DNA of 64,000 nt from Alloprevotella sp. (GCA_963651485.1 CAVJPT010000002.1:138154-202153), one strand, 5' to 3'; positions 9,661 through 20,607 are shown, counted from the first letter of the stretch. The notes: generated by a model not told the origin, from the letters alone. Numbers and translations: made by a program.

Positions 9661-10590
9661 ATGGCAAGAAAGAGGAAAAGCATAAGCCCCGCCGCCTTGC
9701 TGATGGCGGCCGCGCTTTTGGCCGCAGTATGGGCGGTTTCGTCCCCGGGCTGCAATGCGCGGCAAGACCAGAGAGCCGGAGACGGCTGCACGGAGACCGG
9801 CGCCGTTGACAGCTCCGTACTCCCGCTGCGGGACGACGGAAAAGATGCTGCTGGCACTCTGCCCGCCAATGAGGCGGAAGAACGTGAAGAGGACGGCGCG
9901 GAAGAGCTGCCGCGCGGCATAGAGATACCCCGATACGAAAGCAGCCGCGGCGGGCAGACAATACGCCACACGGGCTTCACGCTTTCGTACGATGCCGACT
10001 ACAAGACGCCGCAGTGGGTGGCGTGGACACTCACGCGGGCAATGACGCTCGGTACGGAAAAACGGAGCAACAAGTTTTGTCCCGACCCGTCAGTGCGGGG
10101 GGCGCAAGCCTACACCAAGGACTATACGGGCTCGGGCTTCGACCGCGGCCACATGGCACCGGCGGGTGACATGAAATGGAGCCGGCAGGCCATGGCGGAG
10201 TCGTTTTACCTCAGCAACGTCTGCCCGCAGAACCGCAATCTCAACCGGGGAGACTGGAAAGACCTTGAAGAGCTTACACGCGAGTGGGCGGCTGCATACG
10301 GCAGCGTGAGCGTCGCGGCGGGCCCCATATACGCCACGAAATACCCCGCCCGCATCGGTGCCAACAAGGTGGCGGTGCCGGACGCTTTCTTCAAAGTCGT
10401 GCTGGTGGGGTACCCCAAAAATCCCAAGGCGTACGGCTTCATCTTCCGCAACGAGGCGGGCAGCCGTCCCCTTTCCTACTATCAGCTGAGCGTGGACGAG
10501 GTGGAACGCCGGACGGGGATGGACTTCTTTTCGGCTCTTCCCGACAAGGTCGAACAGCGCATAGAGGCGGAGACACCCGCCTTGCCGTGA
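9661..10590 (+). CDS. DNA/RNA non-specific endonuclease (NucA/EndA family), exported
   Basis: DRGHMAP active site, FYLSNVCPQ, N-terminal hydrophobic anchor. Confidence 0.92.
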   Translation: MARKRKSISPAALLMAAALLAAVWAVSSPGCNARQDQRAGDGCTETGAVDSSVLPLRDDGKDAAGTLPANEAEEREEDGAEELPRGIEIPRYESSRGGQTIRHTGFTLSYDADYKTPQWVAWTLTRAMTLGTEKRSNKFCPDPSVRGAQAYTKDYTGSGFDRGHMAPAGDMKWSRQAMAESFYLSNVCPQNRNLNRGDWKDLEELTREWAAAYGSVSVAAGPIYATKYPARIGANKVAVPDAFFKVVLVGYPKNPKAYGFIFRNEAGSRPLSYYQLSVDEVERRTGMDFFSALPDKVEQRIEAETPALP

Positions 10591-10638
10591 CCGCGCGGCC
10601 AACATCCAACATAGACGACAAATACTTATCCGTAAAAG

Positions 10639-12075
10639 ATGAACATCAAGCATCTCGCTTCCCTCCTTATACTTTCGGCCTGCACCCTCGGCGCAGCGGC
10701 ACAGACAGACGGAAGCTCCGGCGGAGAAGACGGCGGCAGCGAATACAAAAAGGTAGAACGCCTGTACCGTTTCCGCGTCAGTCTGAAAGACAAGAAAGCA
10801 AACGGCTATTCCGTTTCCCGCCCGCAGGACTTTCTTTCAGCCAAATCCATCGAGCGGCGCAAGCGCTACGGACTGAAAGCCGACGAGCACGACTTGCCGC
10901 TCACACAGTCCTACGTGAAAGGCTTGGAGAAGCAAGGCTTCAAGATATGCACGCGCAGCAAATGGAACAACACCGTTGTGGTGGAGACGGCAGACAGCGC
11001 GCTCGCCGCCCGTGCCGTGCAGCTGCCCTACGTCCGCGAGAGCCGCTGCGTATGGGTAGGTCCGGACAGCGTGCCTGTTGCGCCGGTCAACCTTGACCGC
11101 GCTTCCTACATAGAGAAAGACAGCGTGCGCAGCGACACGCTGAGCGACTACTACGGCGTGGCAGCGGAGCAGGTGCGTCAGCTCAATCTGCAGAAACTGC
11201 ACGAAAAGGGTTTGTGGGGCGAAGGCATCACCATCGCCGTGCTTGACGGCGGTTTCCTCAATACCGACCTCGTGGAAGGGCTTGGAGCTGCGTGCATCCT
11301 CGGTACGCGCAATTTCGTCCGCCCCTCCACAAGCGTCTACGCCGAACTGAGCCACGGCACGATGGTGCTTTCCACCATTGCCGCGAATACGCCCCACGCT
11401 TTCGTGGGTACAGCGCCGAAGGCCAGTTTCTACCTCCTTGTCAGCGAAGACGGCGAGAGCGAGCAGGAAATAGAGGAGGACTACTGGACGGCCGCGCTCG
11501 AGTATGCCGACAGCCTTGGCGCGGACATCGCCACAAGCTCGCTCGGCTACACGCAGTACGACCACGTGTGGATGAACCGCAAGTACTCTGCGCTCGACGG
11601 GCGCACGGCGTTTGTCAGCCGCACGGCAGCACTGGCCGCAAGCCGCGGCATGCTGGTGGTGAACAGTGCAGGCAACAGCGGGATGGACAGCTGGAAGAAA
11701 ATAGGCGTACCGGGCGATGCGGCGAACATACTTACCGTAGGCGCGGTGGACTGCGACGGGCTGAATACGCCGTTCTCTTCCATCGGCAACACGGCGGACG
11801 GACGCATAAAGCCGGACGTCATGGCGCAAGGTCTCGCAGCCGCCGTGTATTTCCCGGACGGCACGGCGGGGTGCGCCAACGGCACGTCCTTCTCTTGCCC
11901 CATCATGTGCGGCGCGGCTGCATGCCTTATGCAGGCATTCCCGTCCGCACGTCCCGAAAAGCTCATAGACGCGCTGAAGAAGAGCGCCAACAACGCGCAG
12001 ACTCCCGACAATATCTACGGATACGGCATCCCCGATCTCGAAAAAGCATACAAAGCACTCGGGGAAAAACAATAA
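10639..12075 (+). CDS. S8 (subtilisin-like) serine peptidase, exported
   Basis: Signal peptide; catalytic IAVLDGG, HGTMV and GTSFSCP; NSAGN oxyanion motif. Confidence 0.92.
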   Translation: MNIKHLASLLILSACTLGAAAQTDGSSGGEDGGSEYKKVERLYRFRVSLKDKKANGYSVSRPQDFLSAKSIERRKRYGLKADEHDLPLTQSYVKGLEKQGFKICTRSKWNNTVVVETADSALAARAVQLPYVRESRCVWVGPDSVPVAPVNLDRASYIEKDSVRSDTLSDYYGVAAEQVRQLNLQKLHEKGLWGEGITIAVLDGGFLNTDLVEGLGAACILGTRNFVRPSTSVYAELSHGTMVLSTIAANTPHAFVGTAPKASFYLLVSEDGESEQEIEEDYWTAALEYADSLGADIATSSLGYTQYDHVWMNRKYSALDGRTAFVSRTAALAASRGMLVVNSAGNSGMDSWKKIGVPGDAANILTVGAVDCDGLNTPFSSIGNTADGRIKPDVMAQGLAAAVYFPDGTAGCANGTSFSCPIMCGAAACLMQAFPSARPEKLIDALKKSANNAQTPDNIYGYGIPDLEKAYKALGEKQ

Positions 12076-12154
12076 GTCCCGCCGTCCTCTGTCATAATAC
12101 CTGAAAATAACGGCGGCAAAGTTCCGCCGAAAAACCAAAAAACCGGAAAAAGCA

Positions 12155-15022
12155 ATGAAATGTCTCCTTTCGCTGCCGCCGCACGTCGTCGCAGCATTCC
12201 ACGATATAACGGGACTTTCCCATAACGAATTTTTCTGCACCTGCGACCCGCAGGACAAGAAGCTCGGCTCCGGCGGCGGCACGGCATGGCTGCTCGCTGC
12301 CGCCCACGAGGCTGAGGGAACGGGAAAGACCTTCGGAGAATGGCTCTCCGAAGAAAAGCGCGTGCTGCTGCATGCCGGCGGACAGAGCCGCCGGCTTCCG
12401 GCATACGCCCCAAGCGGCAAGATTCTTACGCCTATCCCCGTTTTCCGCTGGGCACGCGGGCAGCGCATAGACCAAAGTCTGCTCGACCTCCAGCTTCCGC
12501 TCTACGAAGACATTATGGCCAAGGCACCGGCTTCGCTGCACACGCTCATAGCAAGCGGAGACGTGCTGCTGCGTGCCACCGAGCCGCTTCAGGACATACC
12601 CGAGGCGGACGTGGTTTGCTACGGCTTGTGGGCAGCCCCCCAACAGGCTTCCCACCACGGCATGTTTGCCATGAGCCGTCAGAGTCCGGGCAAGCTGGAC
12701 TTTATGTTGCAGAAGCCCTCTATCGAGCAGCAGGCACAGCTCGCCGCGACGCACTACCTGCTGATGGACATCGGCGTATGGCTCCTGTCCGACCGCGCCG
12801 TAGAGGTGCTGGCAAAGAAATGCGGCATGGACTTCAATGCGGCGAAGGGCACGGCCTCCGTCCCCGGATACTACGATCTTTACTCCGACTTCGGTTGCGC
12901 CCTCGGCTGCAACCCCTCGCGGCCGGACAAGGCTGCGGAAGGGCTGAGCGTGGCTATATTGCCGTTGCCCGGCGGTGAGTTCTACCACTACGGGACGGGC
13001 GAGGACATGATAGGCTCTACCACTGCCGTGCAAAACCTCGTAAAGGACCAGCGCTTCATCATACAGCGGGGAATAAAGCCCCAAAGCTCTGTTTTTACGC
13101 AGAATTGCATCATAGCCAACCGCCCCGCGCCCGACACGCGTCAAGTATGGATAGAGAACTCGCGCCTTGGCGAGCATTTCCGCTACACAAGCCGCAATAT
13201 CGTCACTGGCGTGCCGCAGAACGACTGGCACGTCACCCTTTCCGAGGGCATCTGCCTTGACGTCGTCCCGGTAGGCGAGAAGGGCTACGCCCTGCGTCCC
13301 TACGGCTTCGACGACGCTTTCCGCGGAGACGTGACCGCCGAAAGCACGCTCTATCTCGGCAAGCCCGTCGCTCAGTGGCTGGCACAGCGCGGCATAGCCC
13401 CGGACGAGCTGGGGCGCACGGACGACCTGCAGGCCGCCGCGCTGTTCCCCGTCACGGAAGACATAGACGAGCTGGGGTTGCTGCTTGAATGGTTTACGTC
13501 TGACACCCCCGACAAAAAAGTAACGGAGCTTTGGCGCAAACTGCCGCGCTACTCCGCGGACGGCCTTTCGGCGGTGGCAAACCTCGTGCGCCTGTTTGCA
13601 CAGCGCAGGGAAATAGAGGGCGAGACGATTCCCGCCTTGGCGAAGAACTGGCAGAGGAGTGTTTTCTATCAGACAAACCTTCAGCGCACGGCGCACAAGT
13701 ACGCGGAAGGCGGATGGACGCTGCCTGAGCCGTTGCCCGAGGACGCGCCGCTCATGTCGCGCATACACGACGCGATGTTCCGTGCGGAAGTAGCGCGCGG
13801 CACCGACAGCGAAGCCGCTGCACGCCACGAAGGCGAGGCGTTTGCGCTCCTGCGCGACGGACTTACGCAAGGCGCGGCACGCCGCCCGTGCCACCCGCAC
13901 GCCACCACCTATGCCGACCAGATAGTATGGGGACGCAGCTCCGTGCGCATTGACCTTGCCGGCGGATGGACGGACACGCCGCCCTACTGCCTTACTGCCG
14001 GCGGCAATGTGGTCAACCTTGCCATTGAACTGAACGGGCAGCAGCCGCTGCAGGTGTACGTGAAGCCCTGCAAAGAGCCTGTGGTGATATGCCGTTCGAT
14101 AGACCTTGGAGCTACGGAGCGCATAGAGACTTTCGATGAGCTGCGACAGTACAACAAGGTGGGTTCGCCTTTCTCCATTCCCAAAGCGGCACTCACGCTG
14201 GCAGGTTTCCTTCCCGAGTTCTGCACCGAACGCTACGCCACGCTGCGCCAGCAGCTCGAAGCCTTCGGCAGCGGCATAGAAATCACGCTCCTTTCCGCCA
14301 TTCCCGCAGGGTCCGGTCTGGGAACGAGCAGCATACTCGCTGCCACGGTGCTTGGCGCGGTAAGCGATTTCTGCGGACTGGGCTGGGACAAAAGCGAAAT
14401 TTGCAACCGCACGCTCGTCCTTGAGCAGCTGCTCACTACGGGCGGAGGCTGGCAGGACCAGTACGGCGGCGTGCTGCACGGGCTGAAACTGCTACAAAGC
14501 GGCACGGGCTTCGACCAAAGCGCTATGGCGCGTTGGCTGCCCGACACGCTCTTCACCGCTCCCGAGACCGCGCCCTGCCACCTGCTCTACTACACGGGCG
14601 TGACGCGCACGGCGAAAAACATCCTCGCGGAGATAGTGCGCGGCATGTTCCTGAACAACTCGCGCCACCTGCGTCTGCTTGACGGGATGAAACAGCACGC
14701 GCTCTCGCTCTTCGACACGATACAGACTGGCGACCTCGCCGCTTTCGGCAGCAAGGTACGCGAGACCTGGGAGCAGAACAAAGCGCTTGACAGCGGCACC
14801 AATCCGCCCGTCATCGACGCGCTCTGCCGGCGCATCGACGACCTTTGCCTTGGCTACAAGCTGCCCGGCGCGGGCGGCGGCGGCTTTATGTATATGGTAG
14901 CGAAAGACGCCGAAGCCGCAGCACGCATCCGCAAGACGCTGACGGAGAATCCGCTTACGCCCAACTCGCGCTTCGTAGAGATGAGCGTTTCGCGCACGGG
15001 TCTGCAGATTAGCCGCAGCTAA
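12155..15022 (+). CDS. fkp: Bifunctional L-fucokinase / GDP-fucose pyrophosphorylase
   Basis: LGSGGGT, HAGGQSRRLP, RIDLAGGWTDTPP, GHMP motif PAGSGLGTSS, GAGGGG; 955 aa. Confidence 0.95.
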   Translation: MKCLLSLPPHVVAAFHDITGLSHNEFFCTCDPQDKKLGSGGGTAWLLAAAHEAEGTGKTFGEWLSEEKRVLLHAGGQSRRLPAYAPSGKILTPIPVFRWARGQRIDQSLLDLQLPLYEDIMAKAPASLHTLIASGDVLLRATEPLQDIPEADVVCYGLWAAPQQASHHGMFAMSRQSPGKLDFMLQKPSIEQQAQLAATHYLLMDIGVWLLSDRAVEVLAKKCGMDFNAAKGTASVPGYYDLYSDFGCALGCNPSRPDKAAEGLSVAILPLPGGEFYHYGTGEDMIGSTTAVQNLVKDQRFIIQRGIKPQSSVFTQNCIIANRPAPDTRQVWIENSRLGEHFRYTSRNIVTGVPQNDWHVTLSEGICLDVVPVGEKGYALRPYGFDDAFRGDVTAESTLYLGKPVAQWLAQRGIAPDELGRTDDLQAAALFPVTEDIDELGLLLEWFTSDTPDKKVTELWRKLPRYSADGLSAVANLVRLFAQRREIEGETIPALAKNWQRSVFYQTNLQRTAHKYAEGGWTLPEPLPEDAPLMSRIHDAMFRAEVARGTDSEAAARHEGEAFALLRDGLTQGAARRPCHPHATTYADQIVWGRSSVRIDLAGGWTDTPPYCLTAGGNVVNLAIELNGQQPLQVYVKPCKEPVVICRSIDLGATERIETFDELRQYNKVGSPFSIPKAALTLAGFLPEFCTERYATLRQQLEAFGSGIEITLLSAIPAGSGLGTSSILAATVLGAVSDFCGLGWDKSEICNRTLVLEQLLTTGGGWQDQYGGVLHGLKLLQSGTGFDQSAMARWLPDTLFTAPETAPCHLLYYTGVTRTAKNILAEIVRGMFLNNSRHLRLLDGMKQHALSLFDTIQTGDLAAFGSKVRETWEQNKALDSGTNPPVIDALCRRIDDLCLGYKLPGAGGGGFMYMVAKDAEAAARIRKTLTENPLTPNSRFVEMSVSRTGLQISRS

Positions 15023-15073
15023 GCAAAGCCGGAGCGCGTGCGCCCGAGACAGAAGATTATTTCCCAAAAGACA

Positions 15074-16687
15074 ATGAACAAGACAGTCAGACACCTTGCC
15101 GCGCACGCCCTCGCGCTGCTTGGCTTGTGTGCAGCGCCCCTCGCAGCGGCGGCGCAGACCGAGGTGGCCATTTTCTCCATAAACGATTTCCACGCGGCGT
15201 TTGTGCGCAACGACGACAAGGGCATTGCCGGCGCGCCCGCCGTATGGCAGACGCTCGACTCGCTGAAGGCGGTCTATCCGTACCACATAACCGTGTCGGC
15301 GGGCGACAACTTCGGCGGCAGCTATTTCTACAACGCCACGCACGGCGCGCTTCTTCCCGCTTTCTTCGACGGACTCGGCATACGTCTGTCCGCCGTCGGC
15401 AACCATGAGTTTGACGACGGGCAGGAAGCACTTGCCGCGAAATGGAACAGTCTGCCCCAACGCCCCGCGGGCTGGGACATCACCTATGTGTGCGCCAACA
15501 CGCGCTATGCGGAGAGCGGCGAGGTGCCTCCCTATTTCGAGCCGTTCGTCACCGTGCCGGTGGCTCTGCCGGGCGGCAAGACCTTTGCTGTGGGTTTCGC
15601 CGGACTGCTCACCTCTTCCACGCCGCTCCAAGCCAGCAAGCGCCGCCTTGTAGGGCTTACGTTTGACGGGAAGTACAACGCCGTGCTCGACTCCGTGCTG
15701 CGTCTGCCGCAAGCCGCGCCTTTGCGCGATGCCAACGCAAAGATTCTGCTCACGCACATAGGTACAAAGACGGGCACGGACGGCAAGCCGCAGTGGTTTG
15801 ACGCGGACAGTGCAGAACTCGAAAAGATTGACGCGGGTACGTGGCAGGGAATGCTTTCCTCACATACCCACGAGTACGTCTGCGGTCGCATCAACGGCGG
15901 CACGCTGCCCGTGGTGCAGGGACGATGGCACGGGGACTACATAAGCTACCTTGTATGCACGGTGGACACGGCCACGATGCGCGTCACGTCGGTTACGCCG
16001 CACACGCAGCGTGTCACGCCCAAGGCGCACCTCTCCGCAGGTCCCGCGCGTCTGCAAGCGCAGATAGACTCGCTGCTGCTCAACACGCGCACAGCGGGCG
16101 GCACGCCCATCGGCGAACAGCTCGCCGTGGCTACGCACACACTGCGGCATGACCGCAGCGACAAGTTCTGCCAGACGGAGCTCGGAACGCTTGTGTGCAA
16201 AGCATACGCGGAGGCGTTCCGCACCGCTGCCAAGAAAAGCGACAAGGACGCCATAGTGGGGTGCAGCCATTTCGGCAGCATACGCGCCGGGTTTGCCAAG
16301 GGGAAAGTCAGCGTGCTTGACGTTGGCGAGGCTCTGCCTTTCGCCAACCGCCTCCTTGCTTTCCGCGTAACGGGAAAGCATCTGAAATCTCTTGTCGGCT
16401 TCGGGCTGCACAATACGCAGTACGGGTGGATACAGACGGGAAACCTTGAAATAGCCACCGACAAGCAGGGCGCGGTGACCGGGCTTGTGTATGTCAGCCC
16501 GCAGGGCAAGAAGCGCAAGCTCAAGGATACGGACACGTGCTACATTGTCGCGGACGAATTTATGGCAAACGGCGGCGACGGGTACGACAAGGCGTTCTTC
16601 CCCAAAGACAGCGCAGTGTCGGCGGACGGCATGCCTGTCACGACAGACGCTTTCATTGACTTCCTGAAAAAGTTGAAGCAAATCTGA
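15074..16687 (+). CDS. 5'-nucleotidase / bifunctional metallophosphoesterase, exported
   Basis: Signal peptide; NDFH, GDNF, GNHEFD motifs; C-terminal 5'-nucleotidase domain (LPFAN, GGDGY). Confidence 0.88.
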   Translation: MNKTVRHLAAHALALLGLCAAPLAAAAQTEVAIFSINDFHAAFVRNDDKGIAGAPAVWQTLDSLKAVYPYHITVSAGDNFGGSYFYNATHGALLPAFFDGLGIRLSAVGNHEFDDGQEALAAKWNSLPQRPAGWDITYVCANTRYAESGEVPPYFEPFVTVPVALPGGKTFAVGFAGLLTSSTPLQASKRRLVGLTFDGKYNAVLDSVLRLPQAAPLRDANAKILLTHIGTKTGTDGKPQWFDADSAELEKIDAGTWQGMLSSHTHEYVCGRINGGTLPVVQGRWHGDYISYLVCTVDTATMRVTSVTPHTQRVTPKAHLSAGPARLQAQIDSLLLNTRTAGGTPIGEQLAVATHTLRHDRSDKFCQTELGTLVCKAYAEAFRTAAKKSDKDAIVGCSHFGSIRAGFAKGKVSVLDVGEALPFANRLLAFRVTGKHLKSLVGFGLHNTQYGWIQTGNLEIATDKQGAVTGLVYVSPQGKKRKLKDTDTCYIVADEFMANGGDGYDKAFFPKDSAVSADGMPVTTDAFIDFLKKLKQI

Positions 16688-16737
16688 CCGCGGACTACAC
16701 GTCAGTTTTCCCTTAACCCCAACAGACACGCACCGCT

Positions 16738-17874
16738 ATGTCCCTATTCAGCCTGCCCCCCGCTTCCCCGCAAGCCGACCTCAACCTTTCGCTTTTCCTC
16801 GGCGGCAACGGCGGAAACTCCTCACATACGCTGAGCCGCACGCTCGCAGCGGAATGGTTCCCGCAAAGCGGCGTGCAGATAGCCTGGCCGCATGCCGGGA
16901 CGGACTGGGCTTATATGCTCGGCGAAATCACAGAATGCTACCTGCGCCTCGCCTATGAGATAGCCACGCGCGAGCCGTTGCTCATCGTCACGCCAGAGGC
17001 CGGTGCGCTGCAAAGCCTGCTTGCGGAGAAACTGCCCGCCCGCGCGACGGACAACATAACGATACACGAATGCCCCACCAATGACACGTGGACGCGCGAC
17101 TACGGACTGCTCACAGTCGTTGGCAGCGAGGGCGCAGAGCTCCTTGATTTCCGTTTCAACGGCTGGGGCGGAAAATTTGCAGCGCAGCTTGACAACGCAG
17201 TGAGCCGCTGTCTCACGCAAGGGGACTTGCCTGCGTTGCGTGGGAGATACGTAGACTGCAACGACTTTGAGCTTGAGGGCGGAAGCATAGAGAGCGACGG
17301 GCAAGGCACATTGCTGACAACGGCGCAATGTCTGCTCAACCCCAACCGAAATCCGCAGCTTGACCGCGCGGCAAAAGAGAAGCTGCTCTGCGAACGCCTT
17401 GGCGTAAAGCGCATACTGTGGCTCGAGCACGGCGCATTGGCTGGTGATGACACAGACTCGCACATCGACACGCTTGCACGCCTTTGCCCGCAGGACACCA
17501 TCGTCTACACGCGTTGCACCGATGCGGCAGACGAACACTATACCGAGCTGCACGCCATGGAGCAGCAGCTTCGTGCCTTCCGTACGGATAAAGGCGAGCC
17601 GTACCGCTTGCTCGCCCTTCCCCTCCCCGCCGCGATATGTGACGAGAACGGCGAAAGGCTGCCCGCCACATACGCCAACTACCTTGTGCTGAACGGTGCA
17701 GTGCTTTACCCCACCTACGCCCAGCCCGAAAACGACGCAGCGGCCGCACGTGTGCTGCGACAGGCGTTCGCTGACCGCGACATCGTGGGCATAGACTGCC
17801 GCGCGCTCATTCGCCAGCACGGCTCCCTGCACTGTGCCACCATGCAGTACCCGCGCGGAGTGCTTTCGCGGTGA
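16738..17874 (+). CDS. aguA: Agmatine deiminase
   Basis: AEW, WTRDYG, LEGGSIESDG, DDTDSHID, GSLHCATMQ. Confidence 0.92.
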   Translation: MSLFSLPPASPQADLNLSLFLGGNGGNSSHTLSRTLAAEWFPQSGVQIAWPHAGTDWAYMLGEITECYLRLAYEIATREPLLIVTPEAGALQSLLAEKLPARATDNITIHECPTNDTWTRDYGLLTVVGSEGAELLDFRFNGWGGKFAAQLDNAVSRCLTQGDLPALRGRYVDCNDFELEGGSIESDGQGTLLTTAQCLLNPNRNPQLDRAAKEKLLCERLGVKRILWLEHGALAGDDTDSHIDTLARLCPQDTIVYTRCTDAADEHYTELHAMEQQLRAFRTDKGEPYRLLALPLPAAICDENGERLPATYANYLVLNGAVLYPTYAQPENDAAAARVLRQAFADRDIVGIDCRALIRQHGSLHCATMQYPRGVLSR

Positions 17875-17929
17875 AAAGGACGGGTGCGGATTTTTCCAGA
17901 ATAAGAACAAACAACGCCGAAGAACTACC

Positions 17930-18826
17930 ATGACCAATAAGGATACCACGCTGCGCGTGGCGATCATACAGCAAACCTGTTGCGCAGATACCGAGGAAAA
18001 CAAGCGCAAGCTTGCCCACAGCATCGCCGAGGCGGCGAAAGGCGGGGCTAAGCTTGTCGTGTTGCAGGAACTGCACAACTCGCTCTATTTCTGCCAGACG
18101 GAGGACACGCGCAACTTTGATTTGGCAGAGCCTATCCCCGGCCCTTCGACGGATTTCTTCGGTACGTTGGCAAAGACTTTCGGCATAGTGCTTGTCACCT
18201 CCCTTTTCGAACGCCGTGCGGCGGGCCTCTACCACAACACTGCCGTGGTATTTGAGGCAGACGGCAGCATCGCGGGAAAATACCGCAAGATGCACATCCC
18301 CGACGACCCGGCCTACTACGAGAAGTTCTACTTCACCCCCGGCGATCTTGGTTTTCACCCCATCGACACCTCCGTGGGGCGGCTCGGCGTGCAGGTGTGC
18401 TGGGACCAGTGGTATCCCGAGGGAGCGCGGCTGATGGCGCTGCAAGGCGCGGAAGTGCTGATATACCCCACGGCGATAGGCTATGAAAGCAGCGACACGC
18501 CGGGCGAGCAGGAGCGGCAAAGGGAGGCGTGGACTACCGTGCAGCGCGGGCACGCCGTAGCTAACGGTTTGCCGGTCATAGCGGCAAACCGTACGGGGCA
18601 CGAAGACGACCCGTCGGGACAGACAAACGGCATTGACTTCTGGGGCTCGAGCTTCGTGTGCGGGCCGCAGGGGGAAATGATAGCAAGAGCCTCAAAGGAG
18701 AAAGAGGAAATACTTTTTGCCGACATTGACCTGCGCCGCTGCGAAAACGTGCGCCGCTGGTGGCCTTTCCTGCGCGACCGCCGCATTGAGGAATTCGGTC
18801 CGCTCACACGCCGCTTTATTGACTGA
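17930..18826 (+). CDS. aguB: N-carbamoylputrescine amidase (carbon-nitrogen hydrolase)
   Basis: Nitrilase triad motifs LQELH, YRKMHIP, CWDQWYPE; RDRR tail; follows aguA. Confidence 0.88.
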   Translation: MTNKDTTLRVAIIQQTCCADTEENKRKLAHSIAEAAKGGAKLVVLQELHNSLYFCQTEDTRNFDLAEPIPGPSTDFFGTLAKTFGIVLVTSLFERRAAGLYHNTAVVFEADGSIAGKYRKMHIPDDPAYYEKFYFTPGDLGFHPIDTSVGRLGVQVCWDQWYPEGARLMALQGAEVLIYPTAIGYESSDTPGEQERQREAWTTVQRGHAVANGLPVIAANRTGHEDDPSGQTNGIDFWGSSFVCGPQGEMIARASKEKEEILFADIDLRRCENVRRWWPFLRDRRIEEFGPLTRRFID

Positions 18827-18956
18827 AAATAAAGTCAGCCAAAGCGTGCGGGCGTATAAGCTGGCCGTACTCCCAAGACGGCATTCCGCATCTTGAAACA
18901 GCCGTGAAAGGGCGGTACTTCCCGCTTCTTGCCGCAGTAATAAACGGTAACGGAGA

Positions 18957-19080
18957 ACTGGAAAACGGAAGAAATGCTTTGTCTCCGTATAGAAGAAGGC
19001 GGGGAGGCGCACTTATTGCGCTTCCCCGCTTTCGCATTATAGAGAATCAATGGCTTGCGATGGGGAAAGTGCGCAACCTG
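18957..19080 (+). repeat. Dispersed intergenic element, degenerate copy D
   Basis: GGAAAACGGA..AAATG start, hairpin at 18995-19033, AATCAATGGCTTG box at 19045-19057, GAAAGTG; collinear with copies A and B. The -7 box is decayed. Confidence 0.7.
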
Positions 19081-19247
19081 GATAGTCGCGGCTTGTCTTT
19101 TTCGCTTCAACTCCTGTCTATGCCTACACAAAGCCTCTGCTTGTGTATTGGGGATGCATACCTCTGTCTGGCACGCCCAAGCCGGACTCTTGACTTGCAT
19201 CGAACGCTCGCCTAAGATGGCTTGCAAAATGCCCCGACCCTACCTTA

Positions 19248-19290
19248 TTATATGTTGTCTGCGGCTTTTTTATATGTTGTCTGCGGCTTT
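19248..19290. repeat. Direct tandem duplication, period 22 bp
   Basis: TTATATGTTGTCTGCGGCTTT at 19248 and 19270. Confidence 0.85.
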
Positions 19291-19400
19291 GCTTTGCGTG
19301 AGTACGCCGCGCGGGCTTTTGCCCCCGTTCGCAGATTTTGTGCGGCGGTTCGTATACGTCCCTCGCCCGTTCTTTTCTTTCCGTAATATGCGCGGAGATG

Positions 19401-19432
19401 CTTGCCGGTTAGGATAAAAAAGACTAACTTTG
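19401..19432 (+). promoter_or_regulatory. Promoter of the str operon (-33 TTG / -7 TAACTTTG)
   Basis: TAACTTTG at 19425-19432 with CTTG 20 nt upstream; about 85 nt before rpsL. Confidence 0.7.
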
Positions 19433-19517
19433 CCGCCCGAAAGGTGTAGTGTATACTTTTCGCACTGATTCAAGCAGAAATAAAAATACATACAACATAA
19501 ATCAAAATCAAAACTAA

Positions 19518-19901
<384 letters not shown>

Positions 19902-20107
19902 AAAGGCAAAATAGGGCTTAGGAATTTGGGAATGGCTGTGCGGCCGCAGGGCGATTCCCAAATTCCGTGTAAAACCCTCAAGCCGGCAAGTCTGCCGCAA
20001 GGCGGGCGAAAAGGAAAGAAAATTTGGTTGCCGCGGTTGAGTAAACGCCTGCGAGAGCGGGAAGTTGAAGACTGAGTGCAGCCCCAAACAACCAAACCAA
20101 CAAACAA

Positions 20108-20584
20108 ATGAGAAAAGCAAAGCCTAAGAAGCGTGTGATCCTCCCCGATCCCGTCTTCGGAGACCAGAAGGTTTCCAAGTTCGTGAACCACCTTATGTAC
20201 GACGGCAAGAAGTCCATATCGTACTCCATCTTCTACAAGGCCCTCGAGATTGTAGGGGAGAAGATGAAGGACCAGGAGAAGAGCGCGCTCGAAATCTGGA
20301 AGACCGCACTTGACAAAATCACCCCGCAGGTGGAGGTTAAGAGCCGCCGCATCGGCGGTGCCACTTTTCAGGTGCCTACGGAGATACGCCCCGACCGCAA
20401 AGAGTCCGTGTCGATGAAGAACATGATTGGCTACGCTCGCAAGCGCGGCGGCAAGACTATGGCCGACAAGCTCGCAGCCGAGATTATGGACGCTTTCAAC
20501 GAGCAGGGCGGCGCGTACAAGCGCAAGGAGGACATGCACCGCATGGCCGAGGCTAACCGCGCTTTCGCACACTTCAGATTCTAA
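20108..20584 (+). CDS. rpsG: 30S ribosomal protein S7
   Basis: [24 protein letters not shown]. Confidence 0.99.
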   Translation: MRKAKPKKRVILPDPVFGDQKVSKFVNHLMYDGKKSISYSIFYKALEIVGEKMKDQEKSALEIWKTALDKITPQVEVKSRRIGGATFQVPTEIRPDRKESVSMKNMIGYARKRGGKTMADKLAAEIMDAFNEQGGAYKRKEDMHRMAEANRAFAHFRF

Positions 20585-20607
20585 TCACCTGAACAGGTAA
20601 ACATAAG

